In this document: positions 35,211 through 45,650 of the stretch, piece after piece
Position numbering within the stretch: position 1 is the first letter of the stretch
Layout: each line of letters starts with the position of its first letter
IMG/VR virus record: IMGVR_UViG_3300010397_000010
Span: 1 to 61,825 of that record
DNA length: 61,825 nt
Direction: 5' to 3' (one strand)
DNA from: a virus
Taxonomy: Duplodnaviria > Caudoviricetes
The notes under the pieces: generated by a model
The model's database searches: none
What the model was told of the DNA's origin: nothing
Seen by the model: the letters and a program-made list of their open reading frames with translations, nothing else
Translations under genes and position numbers: made by a program

Positions 35211-37570
35211 TACTCAAAGTTTCCAGTCTGAGGATTGTATTTCCTGATCGTTCCCGCCTTAGCAGGAGCTTTAGGAGCGCTAGTTGAAGTCGGAATCCCC
35301 TTCGCCTGCCTCGCCCCTTCGCGCCACCAATCGAGATACTTCTTGCTGATCTCAGGATATCCCGACATTGCCGCTGATGCAGTGTTTAGGGTAGCCGAGA
35401 GTTGATCCCTGAAGTTCTTCGAACTCGCTACGTTATAGATTGGAGCCGCCCTTACGAGGGTCTGGATTGAACTCTGTGCCGCTGAGCCCTTTGTGGCCGA
35501 GCGAAGGGCGGATAAGTCCTCTTGGAATCCCTGAAGTCTAGCCAATAGCTCCATCCCCTCATCTCCCCCAAGACGAGCGACTTCATTTCTTGCGTCCACA
35601 TTGGCGTTCCTAATGCGTTCCTGAGACCATCCAGTGACTCCGATGGCCGTTCCGAGGGTCTGCATAAAGCTCGGATTAGGCTCGGTGCCGGGAATTGCGA
35701 GCGAATTCAACGTGAGCGCCTTATTGAGCGCAGTCGCTAACTCGGGATTGTCGTACATATGGGCATATTCCCATATCGGCTTGTCCCCATTCTGCCCGAA
35801 CACCTGAGCCGCTACAGTATCCATCGCCGCCACAACGGGCTTTGTCGTCTTGCCTTGAGATTGGAATGTCCCTGATGCGAATGGCGAGGGCTGAGGGGGC
35901 ATCTGCCCCCTTTGAACAGGAGTGAAGGATTGAGCAGGGACAGTAGGAGTAGGAGAAGCCTTCTGAATCGCTTTCGCAGGAGCCCTCCCTCCGCTCGCGG
36001 GGAGCGCCGCAGGAGCTACTGAAGGAGCCACTGAAGGCGCACTCTTCGCAGAAGGAGAAGTCATCCCCACCGTCGCCGGAGTGCTCGTACCTGTCATCTT
36101 GAGCTTCTCGCCCGGATTCATCCCAGGGACTTCGTGAGTGCTAACGGTGCCTACCTTTGCTTGCCCCAAAGGAGTCGCCGTTACGGGAGAAATCTCTCCA
36201 ATCTCAGGCACTTGGTAGACTTCATTTCCAATAGTGGCCTGTCTCGTTTTCTGATCCACTAGGAGATGATAAGTATTCGACCCCTGACGGATCGTTTCTA
36301 ATTTGGTCGAAGGAGGGGCACTCTGGAGCATCTCCTTCGTAATATCGTGCCCCTGCATATCCTTGTAGGAAGTGCCGGGAATTAAGTCCATCACCTTGAT
36401 CGCATTCGCAGGATCAGTCGAGCCGAGAACATAAGTCCTCCCCGTAGTTCCCTGCTCGATAGCATGATAACCGGGAGGGATATTGTCTATATCCGTAATG
36501 TTCATCCATTGAACATCCCCAGTGGAGTCATTCTTCATCTGCTTCCATACAGGAGTTGGAGGCTTTACTGGCAATCCTGCTTCATGCAGGGCGAGATTCT
36601 TCAGGACATGCTTTTCATCCTCAGGATCTAACTTGAGGGCCTTAATGCGCTGAACATTTGCCGCATGAAGCGCGGTCGCTTGGACTTGGGATCGGGCAAA
36701 TTTCTGCTGCGCTTCCGAAGGAGTTAGGGCGATTGCTTCAGCCGCTCCTGAGGGCATCCCCCCCGAGGGCGCAATAGGATGAGCCATCACCCCTAGCCGC
36801 TTTGCCACTCTCGGCAGAAGTCCCGCCTTCCCTTGATTGGCCGCGATTTGAGCATTCGTCGCCGCTAAGGGAGCCGTGGAGGGCATTTGAGGCGAGTTGG
36901 CTGACACTGGAGCGCTAGGAGCTGCATCAGGAGTCGCATCAGGAGTCGCAATAGGCGCTGTTCCCCCCGAAGGCATGGAAGGGGCATTAGAGGAAATCGG
37001 CCCGCTCGGGGCCGATACCGGAGCATTCGACGTTGCTGCTGGCGGTGGAGGGAGCGCCGATAGATTCGACTTCTGCAATTGCTGCGAGAGCGAGTTAATC
37101 TGTCCCGAAGCATAGTCGAGATCGGGATGCTCCGCAGTCGAGAATGGATGGACACTAGGGGGCGCGGAAGCGGTAGGAGATGGAGAAGGCGCTCCACTCG
37201 CCGCAGCAGGGGATGATGGGAGAACTCCATCGGGAGGCGCAGTGATAGCGTTCTGAGCGTCCTTTTGCTTTCCCGTTATCAAGCCATGAATCGCGTCGAT
37301 AAAGTTGGCATGATGCTCCGGAGCGTAAACTTTCTGCTGTTGTTCAACGGCCCATTTCTTCCGCGCAAATGCTTTCTCGAAATCGGGATTATTGACCGAT
37401 TGCCCATTTTCATCGGTAATCTTCTCAGGAGGAAGCTCTTGATTGGCAACACTCTCCAACTGACTAGCGAGAAATTTCCGCTGAAGCCCATGAAGCGCCG
37501 TAGCTTCCTGCTGCTTGCGCTGCATCCGCTCCGCTGATTGCTGTTCGAGGAATTGAGCCGGACTCGCCAT
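35210..37570 (-). CDS. Internal virion / ejection protein (Pro/Ala-rich)
   Basis: Position in a three-gene ejection block; low-complexity linkers. Confidence 0.6.
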   Translation of the reverse strand: MASPAQFLEQQSAERMQRKQQEATALHGLQRKFLASQLESVANQELPPEKITDENGQSVNNPDFEKAFARKKWAVEQQQKVYAPEHHANFIDAIHGLITGKQKDAQNAITAPPDGVLPSSPAAASGAPSPSPTASAPPSVHPFSTAEHPDLDYASGQINSLSQQLQKSNLSALPPPPAATSNAPVSAPSGPISSNAPSMPSGGTAPIATPDATPDAAPSAPVSANSPQMPSTAPLAATNAQIAANQGKAGLLPRVAKRLGVMAHPIAPSGGMPSGAAEAIALTPSEAQQKFARSQVQATALHAANVQRIKALKLDPEDEKHVLKNLALHEAGLPVKPPTPVWKQMKNDSTGDVQWMNITDIDNIPPGYHAIEQGTTGRTYVLGSTDPANAIKVMDLIPGTSYKDMQGHDITKEMLQSAPPSTKLETIRQGSNTYHLLVDQKTRQATIGNEVYQVPEIGEISPVTATPLGQAKVGTVSTHEVPGMNPGEKLKMTGTSTPATVGMTSPSAKSAPSVAPSVAPAALPASGGRAPAKAIQKASPTPTVPAQSFTPVQRGQMPPQPSPFASGTFQSQGKTTKPVVAAMDTVAAQVFGQNGDKPIWEYAHMYDNPELATALNKALTLNSLAIPGTEPNPSFMQTLGTAIGVTGWSQERIRNANVDARNEVARLGGDEGMELLARLQGFQEDLSALRSATKGSAAQSSIQTLVRAAPIYNVASSKNFRDQLSATLNTASAAMSGYPEISKKYLDWWREGARQAKGIPTSTSAPKAPAKAGTIRKYNPQTGNFE

Positions 37571-37572
37571 AT

Positions 37573-38070
37573 TTATATCCCAATCGCTTTCATTCCCGCG
37601 TTCACTCCACTCGTAACAGCTCCTCCGAGAATGGAGTTCATCAAATCCTGATATTGCTGCTCCGTTGTCTGCGTCTGAGAGTTGATATCACTCGCGGCCA
37701 TCCCAAGGTTAGAGGTGCCTAGCCCTGCTGCCCCCTGAGCCGCATGAGTCTGAAGTCCTCCCACCTCCTTCAGAATATCTCCCCTTCCCGCTGCCTCCGC
37801 GCCCGCAGTAGCTGCTGTGTTGCCGCCTGAGCGGGTTCCAAACTGAGCATTCTTATTGGCCGCTTGCTGAATCTGAGTCTGTTGGGCTGAGATTTCAGGC
37901 GCGAGGGATTGAGCAATCCGGGTAGGGTCGCCCGAGAGGATATCAGTATAGAACTTCGACGCAGCCGTAGTGTCGCGCTCACCGACTCCGGTGGAGTATC
38001 CCGCCAAGGAGCCTAACTGGTTAATTTGTTTCGAAAGGTCAGGTCCCCCGAAGAGGTCGAAGAATCCCAT
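37573..38070 (-). CDS. Internal virion / pilot-like protein
   Basis: MGFFDLFGG start; Gly/Ala/Gln-rich. Confidence 0.6.
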   Translation of the reverse strand: MGFFDLFGGPDLSKQINQLGSLAGYSTGVGERDTTAASKFYTDILSGDPTRIAQSLAPEISAQQTQIQQAANKNAQFGTRSGGNTAATAGAEAAGRGDILKEVGGLQTHAAQGAAGLGTSNLGMAASDINSQTQTTEQQYQDLMNSILGGAVTSGVNAGMKAIGI

Positions 38071-38131
38071 CTCATGCGCTCCTTAACATTAGCATTCTAC
38101 CTTTAAGTGCCTAACTTTTCGAGCAGTTTCG

Positions 38132-39769
38132 CTAACGATCCTCTGAAAATGAGAGCTGCCCATACATCGTCCCACTTCCGGTCTGAGTCTGCCCACACAA
38201 CGAGTAGACATCCTGAGTCGTTCCTGCGATATCAAGACTGAAGGGGATCGACAACAAATTAAGCCCCGTTAGTATTCCAATCCCTCCCCCTAAGTTTTGA
38301 GGCTGAATATACCCACTAGCCACAACCACTCCCCCCGAGATAGCCGTTGCAGAGGTATCGGCCTGCATTCCTGAGTAGGTAGTATTCACATCAGCAAACG
38401 ATGCTCCCGTGAGGGTGCCATTGTAGACTAATGCCCATCTCGCAGCATTATTGGAAGCATTAAGGATGGTTCCCGAGAGTAAGTTGTAAACAACTCTATT
38501 CGTAATGCTATTTATAGTCAGCCTCGGACGAATAGACAGCATTGGCTTTAGCGTTGTAGTGGCCGAGAGCCCAGTTATTCCCTGATCTGCACTAAAGATG
38601 AGGATATTGGGAGAATCTTCTCCCCCTTCCGAGATAATCGACCCGCAAATGGCGAGCATTGTTGATGTTCCAGCGGGAGCAGAAGATGGATCATTCGCAA
38701 TCTGCCATCTTATCGGCAGCACGGCTGAGTTAGCGTAAGGAGTCGAGATTGTGTTCGCGTTCTGGAATTGATGGCAATAATACAAGAGTCCATTTACTAC
38801 GAAGCCAAATCTAACTCTCCCCACCCCGAGCCATTGAAGATCAATCGCAAATATCTGAGTTTTGGTGAAATCTAAAGTGATCCCACTTACCCCAGTCCCA
38901 TCCATCTTGTCGATATTCCACGATGATTGGAGAGCGAAAGTATCGACTGGAGAGCCTGATATGGATGATCTCTGCACCACCGCAGGCAATCCAGTCGCCC
39001 CACCTGCGTTCGGCCCCGATGTGAAGCCATTCATCGAGAAAAACATCCCATCGTTCGCATCGAAGTAGCCAATCTGCTTGCGAACGAATTGAGTGTATGC
39101 CCCAAGCGCCCCCGTCATATTGATGAGCTGAGACTTTCCAGGCTCATATCGATAATATCCATGAGATTGGACTATCGTCCCCGCGTTCGCTCCAGTTCCC
39201 CCCGTCGATAGCGTTAAGGAGGATTGATTGGATGTCTTAGTCGCGGTGCCAGTGCCGGTGTTGGATATCTGAACTGTTAAAGGATTCTGATCGTAAATAA
39301 AGTTAGTAGTGAATAGGAGGGTAGGAGTGCTAACTCTCCCCCTGCCGAAAGCATCCGCCGCTCCAGGGCCGAAATTAACTAGAGCATTCTTGGTCGAGTC
39401 AAGATTCATCGGCCCGGAGTCGATCACCGCATGAAGATTAGTTCCCGTTGATTGCTGAACCGTTACAGGATTCGTAACTGAAGTTAAGGTGCCTGAGTCG
39501 AGAACTGAGTGAAGATTAGCCCCCGTCCCCTGCACCACAGTTACATTACCCGTAACGGCTGTAGTTGAGCCCGAATCGGTTACGGTATGCAGATTTGTTC
39601 CGGTAGTCTGAACCGCCGTTACATTCCCCGTTACAGCAGTCGTTGAGCCTGTTTGGGCAACTACCTTTTGATTTCCCTTATTATCCAACTCAACCGGGGA
39701 GATATCCCCATCGCTCAGCGTAGGAGGAGTGGTTTGGAATATGCCTTGATTAAAGGGGCTAAATGCCAT
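38132..39769 (-). CDS. Virion fibre / structural protein
   Basis: Three GTNLH..DSG shaft repeats; DAFGR.RVS, YEPGKSQ, QWLGVGRVRFGF motifs seen in phage structural proteins. Confidence 0.7.
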   Translation of the reverse strand: MAFSPFNQGIFQTTPPTLSDGDISPVELDNKGNQKVVAQTGSTTAVTGNVTAVQTTGTNLHTVTDSGSTTAVTGNVTVVQGTGANLHSVLDSGTLTSVTNPVTVQQSTGTNLHAVIDSGPMNLDSTKNALVNFGPGAADAFGRGRVSTPTLLFTTNFIYDQNPLTVQISNTGTGTATKTSNQSSLTLSTGGTGANAGTIVQSHGYYRYEPGKSQLINMTGALGAYTQFVRKQIGYFDANDGMFFSMNGFTSGPNAGGATGLPAVVQRSSISGSPVDTFALQSSWNIDKMDGTGVSGITLDFTKTQIFAIDLQWLGVGRVRFGFVVNGLLYYCHQFQNANTISTPYANSAVLPIRWQIANDPSSAPAGTSTMLAICGSIISEGGEDSPNILIFSADQGITGLSATTTLKPMLSIRPRLTINSITNRVVYNLLSGTILNASNNAARWALVYNGTLTGASFADVNTTYSGMQADTSATAISGGVVVASGYIQPQNLGGGIGILTGLNLLSIPFSLDIAGTTQDVYSLCGQTQTGSGTMYGQLSFSEDR

Positions 39770-40291
39770 CTATACCATCTCCCACGCAAAGCCGCCATCA
39801 GCAATAAAGGTTAGGGATGCGTTATGAAGGACAATACTAACTGAAGCTAGACCATCAATGAAGTTAGCCGTTGGCGTAGACTGAGCCAACACTACTAATG
39901 GCGTGAGATCGTTCGAAATCTTCTTCACAATAATCGGAATGGCTCCATTCGAACTTGATAGAGGGAGCGTGACGGTGAACGCTCCAGAGGTCATATCACA
40001 TAACACAATATCCCACCCACTCACATTCACATTCCCTCCCACCGCAATAGTTGAATCCACTAAGAGGATTGAATAAGGAGTCGCAAAAGTCGATGATCCC
40101 GATGATGCTGCGGGAATAGTTGTGATCGTGGTGACGGTTGATTGGAGTGAGCCAATCTTAGCGGTGAGGGCTGCGATTGCTTGTTGAATATCCTGAATAG
40201 CGTTGAACGAGAATATATGCGCCTGCTGAACATTTTCAGGTTGCCCTTGCAGCGCGAACGGGAAGCGAAAAGTGGGGGCATTAACCGCCAT
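39770..40291 (-). CDS. Tail-associated structural protein
   Basis: Coiled coil then DMTSGAFTVTLP...IIVKK trimeric-type domain. Confidence 0.6.
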   Translation of the reverse strand: MAVNAPTFRFPFALQGQPENVQQAHIFSFNAIQDIQQAIAALTAKIGSLQSTVTTITTIPAASSGSSTFATPYSILLVDSTIAVGGNVNVSGWDIVLCDMTSGAFTVTLPLSSSNGAIPIIVKKISNDLTPLVVLAQSTPTANFIDGLASVSIVLHNASLTFIADGGFAWEMV

Positions 40292-43200
40292 TATTTCTCA
40301 GCCCCCTCTCCTCCTCCACCGACAAAAGGAGCCATCGTCTGATACTCCCCCTCCGCATATCCCCACGCCTTAGCCTCAATAGCGAATCCCGTCAGGAATA
40401 CCTTAAATGTCGGATCAGTCGAGCTAAACACAAACTGAAGCCATTTCCACTTATTCGGACTCAACTTAGTAGTGAGCTTCGTCGGATTCCCACTTGTAGA
40501 TGGAAGAGTGAACGCAGAAGGGCCATAGCTTCCATTACCGGAATCTGCCGCTACTCCGGTTACGCTAACCGTCGCGTTCGATTGATATTCAACCGTCATC
40601 TCGAATGCCTGCATCCACCCACTCCCACCGATGGCCGGAGTTACTACGGTAGCAGTCGCACTCTCGATCCCACTTCCGCTGGAGATCATCTGCCTCAGCG
40701 TGCCATCCGAGCATCCAACCAAGGTGCCTTGAATGGATTCCCCTTCATTATCCGCATGACAAGTTGCCGTGGGAGTATAGGTGTCGAGAATCCAAGCCAT
40801 CTTCTCAATATCAAACACTAAGGTTCGAGCGACATTAGTCGAGTCTCGATAATCGTAATAGAGATATCCCCCGATTATGCTGAACTGTTGCCCATTCGGA
40901 TTCGAATCATCCGGCGGATAGACCGTGATTCCATTCCTCACGATAGGAACAGGAGTTGATCCTTCATGCGCGAAGAGGGGATATAAAGAGTCATCAGTAA
41001 TCGACTTGGAACCCATCCCACCCGGAGAGAAATGGATTCCGTCCTTAACTCGAAAGAATATCGCCCCTCCGCCCTCGACTGCTAGACATCTAGGAATGAA
41101 TAATCCCCTATTGATGCTCGTAGCTTGAAGCGACCAAGTTGATCCACTGGTGCCAGTCACCGTTGCGAGCGCGTTGAAGAAATTGGGCATAATCACCCAA
41201 GCTCTCTCAATAGAGAATAAAACTCCCCTTCCTCCACTCATCGCGCCATTGACCAAAATCTCGTCTGGATCGGTAACATCAAGCTGATTAGTGTCGGGCC
41301 ATGAATCTAAATTGCTCCCCTTGCACCAATAAAGAGTTCCTGGGCGCAATGGATCGCCCACACCGAAAGTGAAGTTGATATTATCCGTCGGCCCAAATAG
41401 GTATGCTAAGGGTTGAGCAGCAATGATCGGCTCCGCGATATTGTAGACAAGATTAGTCCCATCTGGCACCTCGGGGATAGTCATCGATGTAGTCGATGTC
41501 GGCCTAGCGATTAGAGTGTACGCGAGTTGAGTCGGAGCACCAATCAGAATAACTGTCCCCGCCAACCATCGCACATTAAATGTATCCCCACTCACCCACG
41601 ATATAACTCCCCCTGACACATTCACCACTCCCCTCCGAGGGAGATCAATTGAGGGAACAGGTTCGAAGTCATCCAACTGCATCAACTGATTCGCCGCCGC
41701 ATCGAGGTCAGTTAGCGCGTCGACGATGGCCGTAGGGGGATTCGTATTCGGTCCCGTTGCGACATAGGTAAAGTTAGCGAGTCCTTGATCCTGCCTATAA
41801 TAATCAACCTTATCGACTTGAGGATCATTAGAATAAACAGGAGTTACAGTGTTCGCCAGCACTGGAGTAGTTTGAGGATCTGACACAGGAGAAGGATTAC
41901 TCTGCGCTCCCGTTAGGGATGAACGATACTTATAAGCATAACTTACGTTAGTCCGAACGCTCTGCGGGAGAGGGGGGATTACGACTGCTGCCGCACCGGG
42001 CGTGGGCGAAGCGGTCAGGATACACTTCCTCCCAGTGTGATACCAATAATCCCAATCAATCTCAACCTGATAAGCGCCCATCGCCGCGAAGGTGACTGCG
42101 GTAGTAGTGGTGCCTGAGTATCCCCCTCCATCATTCGGTTGAGTCAAAGGGACAAGAGGAAGTTGACTCACGACTGTCTCAGTCTGCCCCTTATCCCCTA
42201 TCGTCGTTCCCTTTCCCGTCCAAGTCGCCGCCCCTCCAATGCCCAACATACATCGATCTTTATTGCTCAACACGATATTGTATGTGCCCGGAGCGGGAAT
42301 CCACAGCGCCCCTACGATGCACGCGTTGAAGTTCTGATATCCATCCGCAGGAACGAAGGCAGGAGTGAAGAGGGGGATTGATCCTACCGTTGAGCCGGTG
42401 GAGTCTAAAGTGGCCCAATCCACCGGCACAGTGCCATTCTCCGGCGTCGAGTCGAAGTGCCATGAATTGTTCGTGCCCGTCGCAGGGGCTCCGGTGATGG
42501 TACGCGGAGTGCCCGAGCCCGAGTCATTCGAGTTCTTCCAAATATATTGCCCCACCGGGCCGCTATGGGGAGAGTCTCCCCACACATAAGCTGTGATATC
42601 CCCAAGGGTGGCGACATGAGTTGAGATAGCAGAAGTGGTGATTGTCCAGCTTACCGAGAAGGAGCCAGAGTTGGTCGAGAACGTATTATCGGCTGAGTCT
42701 ACTCCAATCTGAAGCTGAGTAGCTCCCGTTGGCACAATTAGACTCGCACTCGCACCGATATTCACCGTCCCTGATGGCGATGTCAGCACGACTCCCGATC
42801 CATTGGTAAACGCCCCCACGACAATCTTCGGCGTTGCGATGAAATTGCCGGGATAGGTCGAGCTAGTAGGGCCGCTATCCCCCGGCGCATGAGTCGCCCC
42901 ATTCACCGTCGCCGTTCCCGTCACCGTTAAGGCAATCACCGCTCCAGCTACTGGAGTGGCGATAATCACTGGAGACGTTCCATCCCCTCCCGATGAATGA
43001 CCATAATTGAATGTAGGATTAGCTCCCCCTACATTTGTCCAAGGGAAGGTGGTGGCGGGGAGGGATGCCGTTCCCGTGGTCGATGATGTCGATGTCCCAA
43101 TGGTAGGCGCGAGCTGAGGCTCCTTGATGCCCATTTTATAGCTCAAGCCATCCGACCTAACCTTCGTCATGCCTGCACAGGCAAAGGTCGTAGAGGAGTT

Positions 43201-43605
43201 ATCAATAGCGAACTTAGTGGTTAATGTGACCGCTCCCTGCGCTGCGCTATCTCCCACATATGCCCAAGGTTGGACTGAGGCATCCGGCCTGAAGGGGATG
43301 ATCGATAAAGGATGCCCACTGAGCCCCGCTGCGACTAAGGTTGAGTTGTTATAAAGCTTCCCATCCGTCGATCCCACGACAAATGTGTACCCTCCAACCG
43401 GCCCCGCTGGAGTGGTGTCGTTCAACCTAGCGAGAGAATTGATCGCAGCCGATACCGTGAGGATGGTTGCACTCAACAGCTTCCGAAGGGAGAATCCTCC
43501 GAACAAATAAGCTCTCACGTTCACTGCGAGCGCGACTTTGCCTGCCGAAAGTCTATTTATCGGACTGGTTAGATCAAGTCCCCCGAAGCTCGGCCCAACT
43601 CCCAT
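40291..43605 (-). CDS. Tail nozzle (tubular protein B-like) with lectin-like insertions
   Basis: FGGLDL N-terminus; LYWCKGSNLDSWP; position after adaptors. Confidence 0.65.
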   Translation of the reverse strand: MGVGPSFGGLDLTSPINRLSAGKVALAVNVRAYLFGGFSLRKLLSATILTVSAAINSLARLNDTTPAGPVGGYTFVVGSTDGKLYNNSTLVAAGLSGHPLSIIPFRPDASVQPWAYVGDSAAQGAVTLTTKFAIDNSSTTFACAGMTKVRSDGLSYKMGIKEPQLAPTIGTSTSSTTGTASLPATTFPWTNVGGANPTFNYGHSSGGDGTSPVIIATPVAGAVIALTVTGTATVNGATHAPGDSGPTSSTYPGNFIATPKIVVGAFTNGSGVVLTSPSGTVNIGASASLIVPTGATQLQIGVDSADNTFSTNSGSFSVSWTITTSAISTHVATLGDITAYVWGDSPHSGPVGQYIWKNSNDSGSGTPRTITGAPATGTNNSWHFDSTPENGTVPVDWATLDSTGSTVGSIPLFTPAFVPADGYQNFNACIVGALWIPAPGTYNIVLSNKDRCMLGIGGAATWTGKGTTIGDKGQTETVVSQLPLVPLTQPNDGGGYSGTTTTAVTFAAMGAYQVEIDWDYWYHTGRKCILTASPTPGAAAVVIPPLPQSVRTNVSYAYKYRSSLTGAQSNPSPVSDPQTTPVLANTVTPVYSNDPQVDKVDYYRQDQGLANFTYVATGPNTNPPTAIVDALTDLDAAANQLMQLDDFEPVPSIDLPRRGVVNVSGGVISWVSGDTFNVRWLAGTVILIGAPTQLAYTLIARPTSTTSMTIPEVPDGTNLVYNIAEPIIAAQPLAYLFGPTDNINFTFGVGDPLRPGTLYWCKGSNLDSWPDTNQLDVTDPDEILVNGAMSGGRGVLFSIERAWVIMPNFFNALATVTGTSGSTWSLQATSINRGLFIPRCLAVEGGGAIFFRVKDGIHFSPGGMGSKSITDDSLYPLFAHEGSTPVPIVRNGITVYPPDDSNPNGQQFSIIGGYLYYDYRDSTNVARTLVFDIEKMAWILDTYTPTATCHADNEGESIQGTLVGCSDGTLRQMISSGSGIESATATVVTPAIGGSGWMQAFEMTVEYQSNATVSVTGVAADSGNGSYGPSAFTLPSTSGNPTKLTTKLSPNKWKWLQFVFSSTDPTFKVFLTGFAIEAKAWGYAEGEYQTMAPFVGGGGEGAEK

Positions 43606-43615
43606 CCTTCATCCC

Positions 43616-43915
43616 CTATTGAGCGGTTTCGTAGAGAATATCCACTTTCTCGCCTGAAGTTCCAAGGATATACCACGAACTCAGAAGGGAGCCTCTGATA
43701 GTCTCGAAGTTGAGCACTAACGGTGTTCCGGGGGAGCCCGTAGCGAGGCCAATTCCCGTAGTCGAGGTTACCGAGGAGTCTCCAATCCTAATCGTATGCC
43801 CTGAGGCATTCCCAATTACAAGAAGGCTGACATAGATTTGCTCCGAAGATGTCGAGTTTAGGTTGGGGGAGATCGCCGTGGCTCCACTCCCAAGCGTAAG
43901 CTGAAGAATTCTCAT
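43616..43915 (-). CDS. Small structural protein
   Basis: IRIGDSSVTSTTGIGL beta-sandwich pattern. Confidence 0.6.
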   Translation of the reverse strand: MRILQLTLGSGATAISPNLNSTSSEQIYVSLLVIGNASGHTIRIGDSSVTSTTGIGLATGSPGTPLVLNFETIRGSLLSSWYILGTSGEKVDILYETAQ

Positions 43916-45279
43916 TAAGATTGCTCCTTTAACGCATACCGAGGATCTACCTCGGACTGTCTACTCACAGGCGGTCGGAGGGTGGTTGCGAATATCCCAC
44001 TCTCCCTCACCCTTCGATTCGAGTCCATCGCGGCTTGGATGAAGTTTTGATGCAGCGGAATCGAATGAAGGAACTCTTGCCCTCCATGCCTGAATTGGGC
44101 CAAGTGTTCCGCTTCATCCAATATCGCATTGATATTCTCTCGCGGAAGCTGAACATAATCTCCATCCGCTACCGGGACTGGCGCACTACCCACCAGAGAT
44201 AAGCTAACACTAACATTCCCACTAGGTTTGGGGGAGACAGCAAAGAGATCAATTCCCCCTCTAACAATTCCCATTTGAGCATCAGATCGAGATTCCCACC
44301 CCAAATCATACTGATCCATCTCCTCCACCGCAGGGGAGTCACAGGGGACATTATCAATCCTCGCCTGCATCAACCAAGGAAGCTCCATCATCAACCTTAT
44401 TCCTTCTTGGAACCTTTGTTCGGCATAACTCGCCCTCATTCTATCGTTCGATTCAGCTTCCTTGCTAAGGAGGTCGCTAATCATCCCCCACTTCATCACC
44501 CATGCCCAATCATCGGGGATAAGGAGTGGGGAAGGGGAGCTTACGGTGCTGCCGCCCAAGATGGCTAGAATATCGAGCGAATTCGGTTGATTCGCTAAGG
44601 TGTCGAACGTGATTGCCTGGGGAGGGGAGCCTAAAATTCCCCACGCCATCGGATCTCCGCTCTCCTGAGGAAAGTCGGGCGAGAAATATTCCATCGCCAA
44701 CGTGTCATCCCTGAAGAGAGTGATTGGATCTCCGCTCGCAGGGAGATATCTCACTCTTCGAATGTCCAATATCCCTAAGGAAGTCGAATCCGGAAGCTGA
44801 ACTCGATTAGTCCCCGGTACAATACTCAGAGAGGGCGAGAATAAGCCAACATTCGCAGCGGTTAGTTGAAGGATTTGATCCCTTCTCCTCTTGAATGATT
44901 GAGTTAGGTCGTTCAGCGAGAATTGATTCGTTCCCGTCCATGTTGCTCCCGTTGGAGGTTCCAAGAGGTGATATTCGATCAGAGTGTATAGATCGACATC
45001 ACTTAGCGTCTGATAGCGAGGACTCGACGAGTTGGCTCCCACTAAGGAATTCGCGCTATTAGCTAGGGACTGCCATTCCTTATCCGTTGAGCCGAACGTC
45101 TCCGTCCACTCCACCACATACCATTGAGTGATCGCGTTCCACGACCTTAGGGATTCCCCAAGGAGCACCTTAAGCTCCCCATCCGTCCAACACACATTTC
45201 CCACATCATTCAGCCTCAGCGCGAGGGCTTGCCGAAGCTGAATCCATGTGAGATAGCTATATGGGGCAGTGGGGGGCAT
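43915..45279 (-). CDS. Head-tail adaptor-like protein
   Basis: LRQALALRLND..WTDGEL; PLLIPDDW. Confidence 0.6.
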   Translation of the reverse strand: MPPTAPYSYLTWIQLRQALALRLNDVGNVCWTDGELKVLLGESLRSWNAITQWYVVEWTETFGSTDKEWQSLANSANSLVGANSSSPRYQTLSDVDLYTLIEYHLLEPPTGATWTGTNQFSLNDLTQSFKRRRDQILQLTAANVGLFSPSLSIVPGTNRVQLPDSTSLGILDIRRVRYLPASGDPITLFRDDTLAMEYFSPDFPQESGDPMAWGILGSPPQAITFDTLANQPNSLDILAILGGSTVSSPSPLLIPDDWAWVMKWGMISDLLSKEAESNDRMRASYAEQRFQEGIRLMMELPWLMQARIDNVPCDSPAVEEMDQYDLGWESRSDAQMGIVRGGIDLFAVSPKPSGNVSVSLSLVGSAPVPVADGDYVQLPRENINAILDEAEHLAQFRHGGQEFLHSIPLHQNFIQAAMDSNRRVRESGIFATTLRPPVSRQSEVDPRYALKEQS

Positions 45280-45286
45280 TCTCTCG

Positions 45287-45397
45287 TTAAGCCTTCTTTA
45301 GAATAGATTTCGTCGCCCCAACCTTCCCACCGGGGGCTTTCTTGTTAAGGAATTTCGATGGAGTAGACTTGAATGCTTTCAACTTTAGTTTGCTCAT
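45287..45397 (-). CDS. 36-aa Lys-rich peptide
   Basis: MSKLKLKAFKSTPSKFLNKKAPGGKVGATKSILKKA*; AAGGGG SD. Confidence 0.6.
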   Translation of the reverse strand: MSKLKLKAFKSTPSKFLNKKAPGGKVGATKSILKKA

Positions 45398-45400
45398 TTT

Positions 45401-45481
45401 CTATTTCCCCTTCTTAGGTGATTTGACTGGTGCTGGAGCTTTAGGGATAACATTCTTCCCCGACTTGAAGCAATCTTTCAT
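45401..45481 (-). CDS. 26-aa Lys-rich peptide
   Basis: MKDCFKSGKNVIPKAPAPVKSPKKGK*; GGAG SD, ATGA coupling. Confidence 0.5.
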   Translation of the reverse strand: MKDCFKSGKNVIPKAPAPVKSPKKGK

Positions 45482-45648
45482 TTCTTAGTCTCCATTTTCT
45501 TCTTTCCATTCTTTTCCGAATGCTTGACCTTATGCTCTTTGCCTGCCACTACAACATTCTTCGCATGAGTTGGGATACCGTGGATATGAGTATACGCACG
45601 ATATTTCCTATACTTCTCCGCGTTCTCGAAATGTTCGGTAGGAGGCAT
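45478..45648 (-). CDS. 56-aa Lys/His-rich peptide
   Basis: MPPTEHFENAEKYRKYRAYTHIHG...KKKMETKK*. Confidence 0.6.
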   Translation of the reverse strand: MPPTEHFENAEKYRKYRAYTHIHGIPTHAKNVVVAGKEHKVKHSEKNGKKKMETKK

Positions 45649-45650
45649 CC

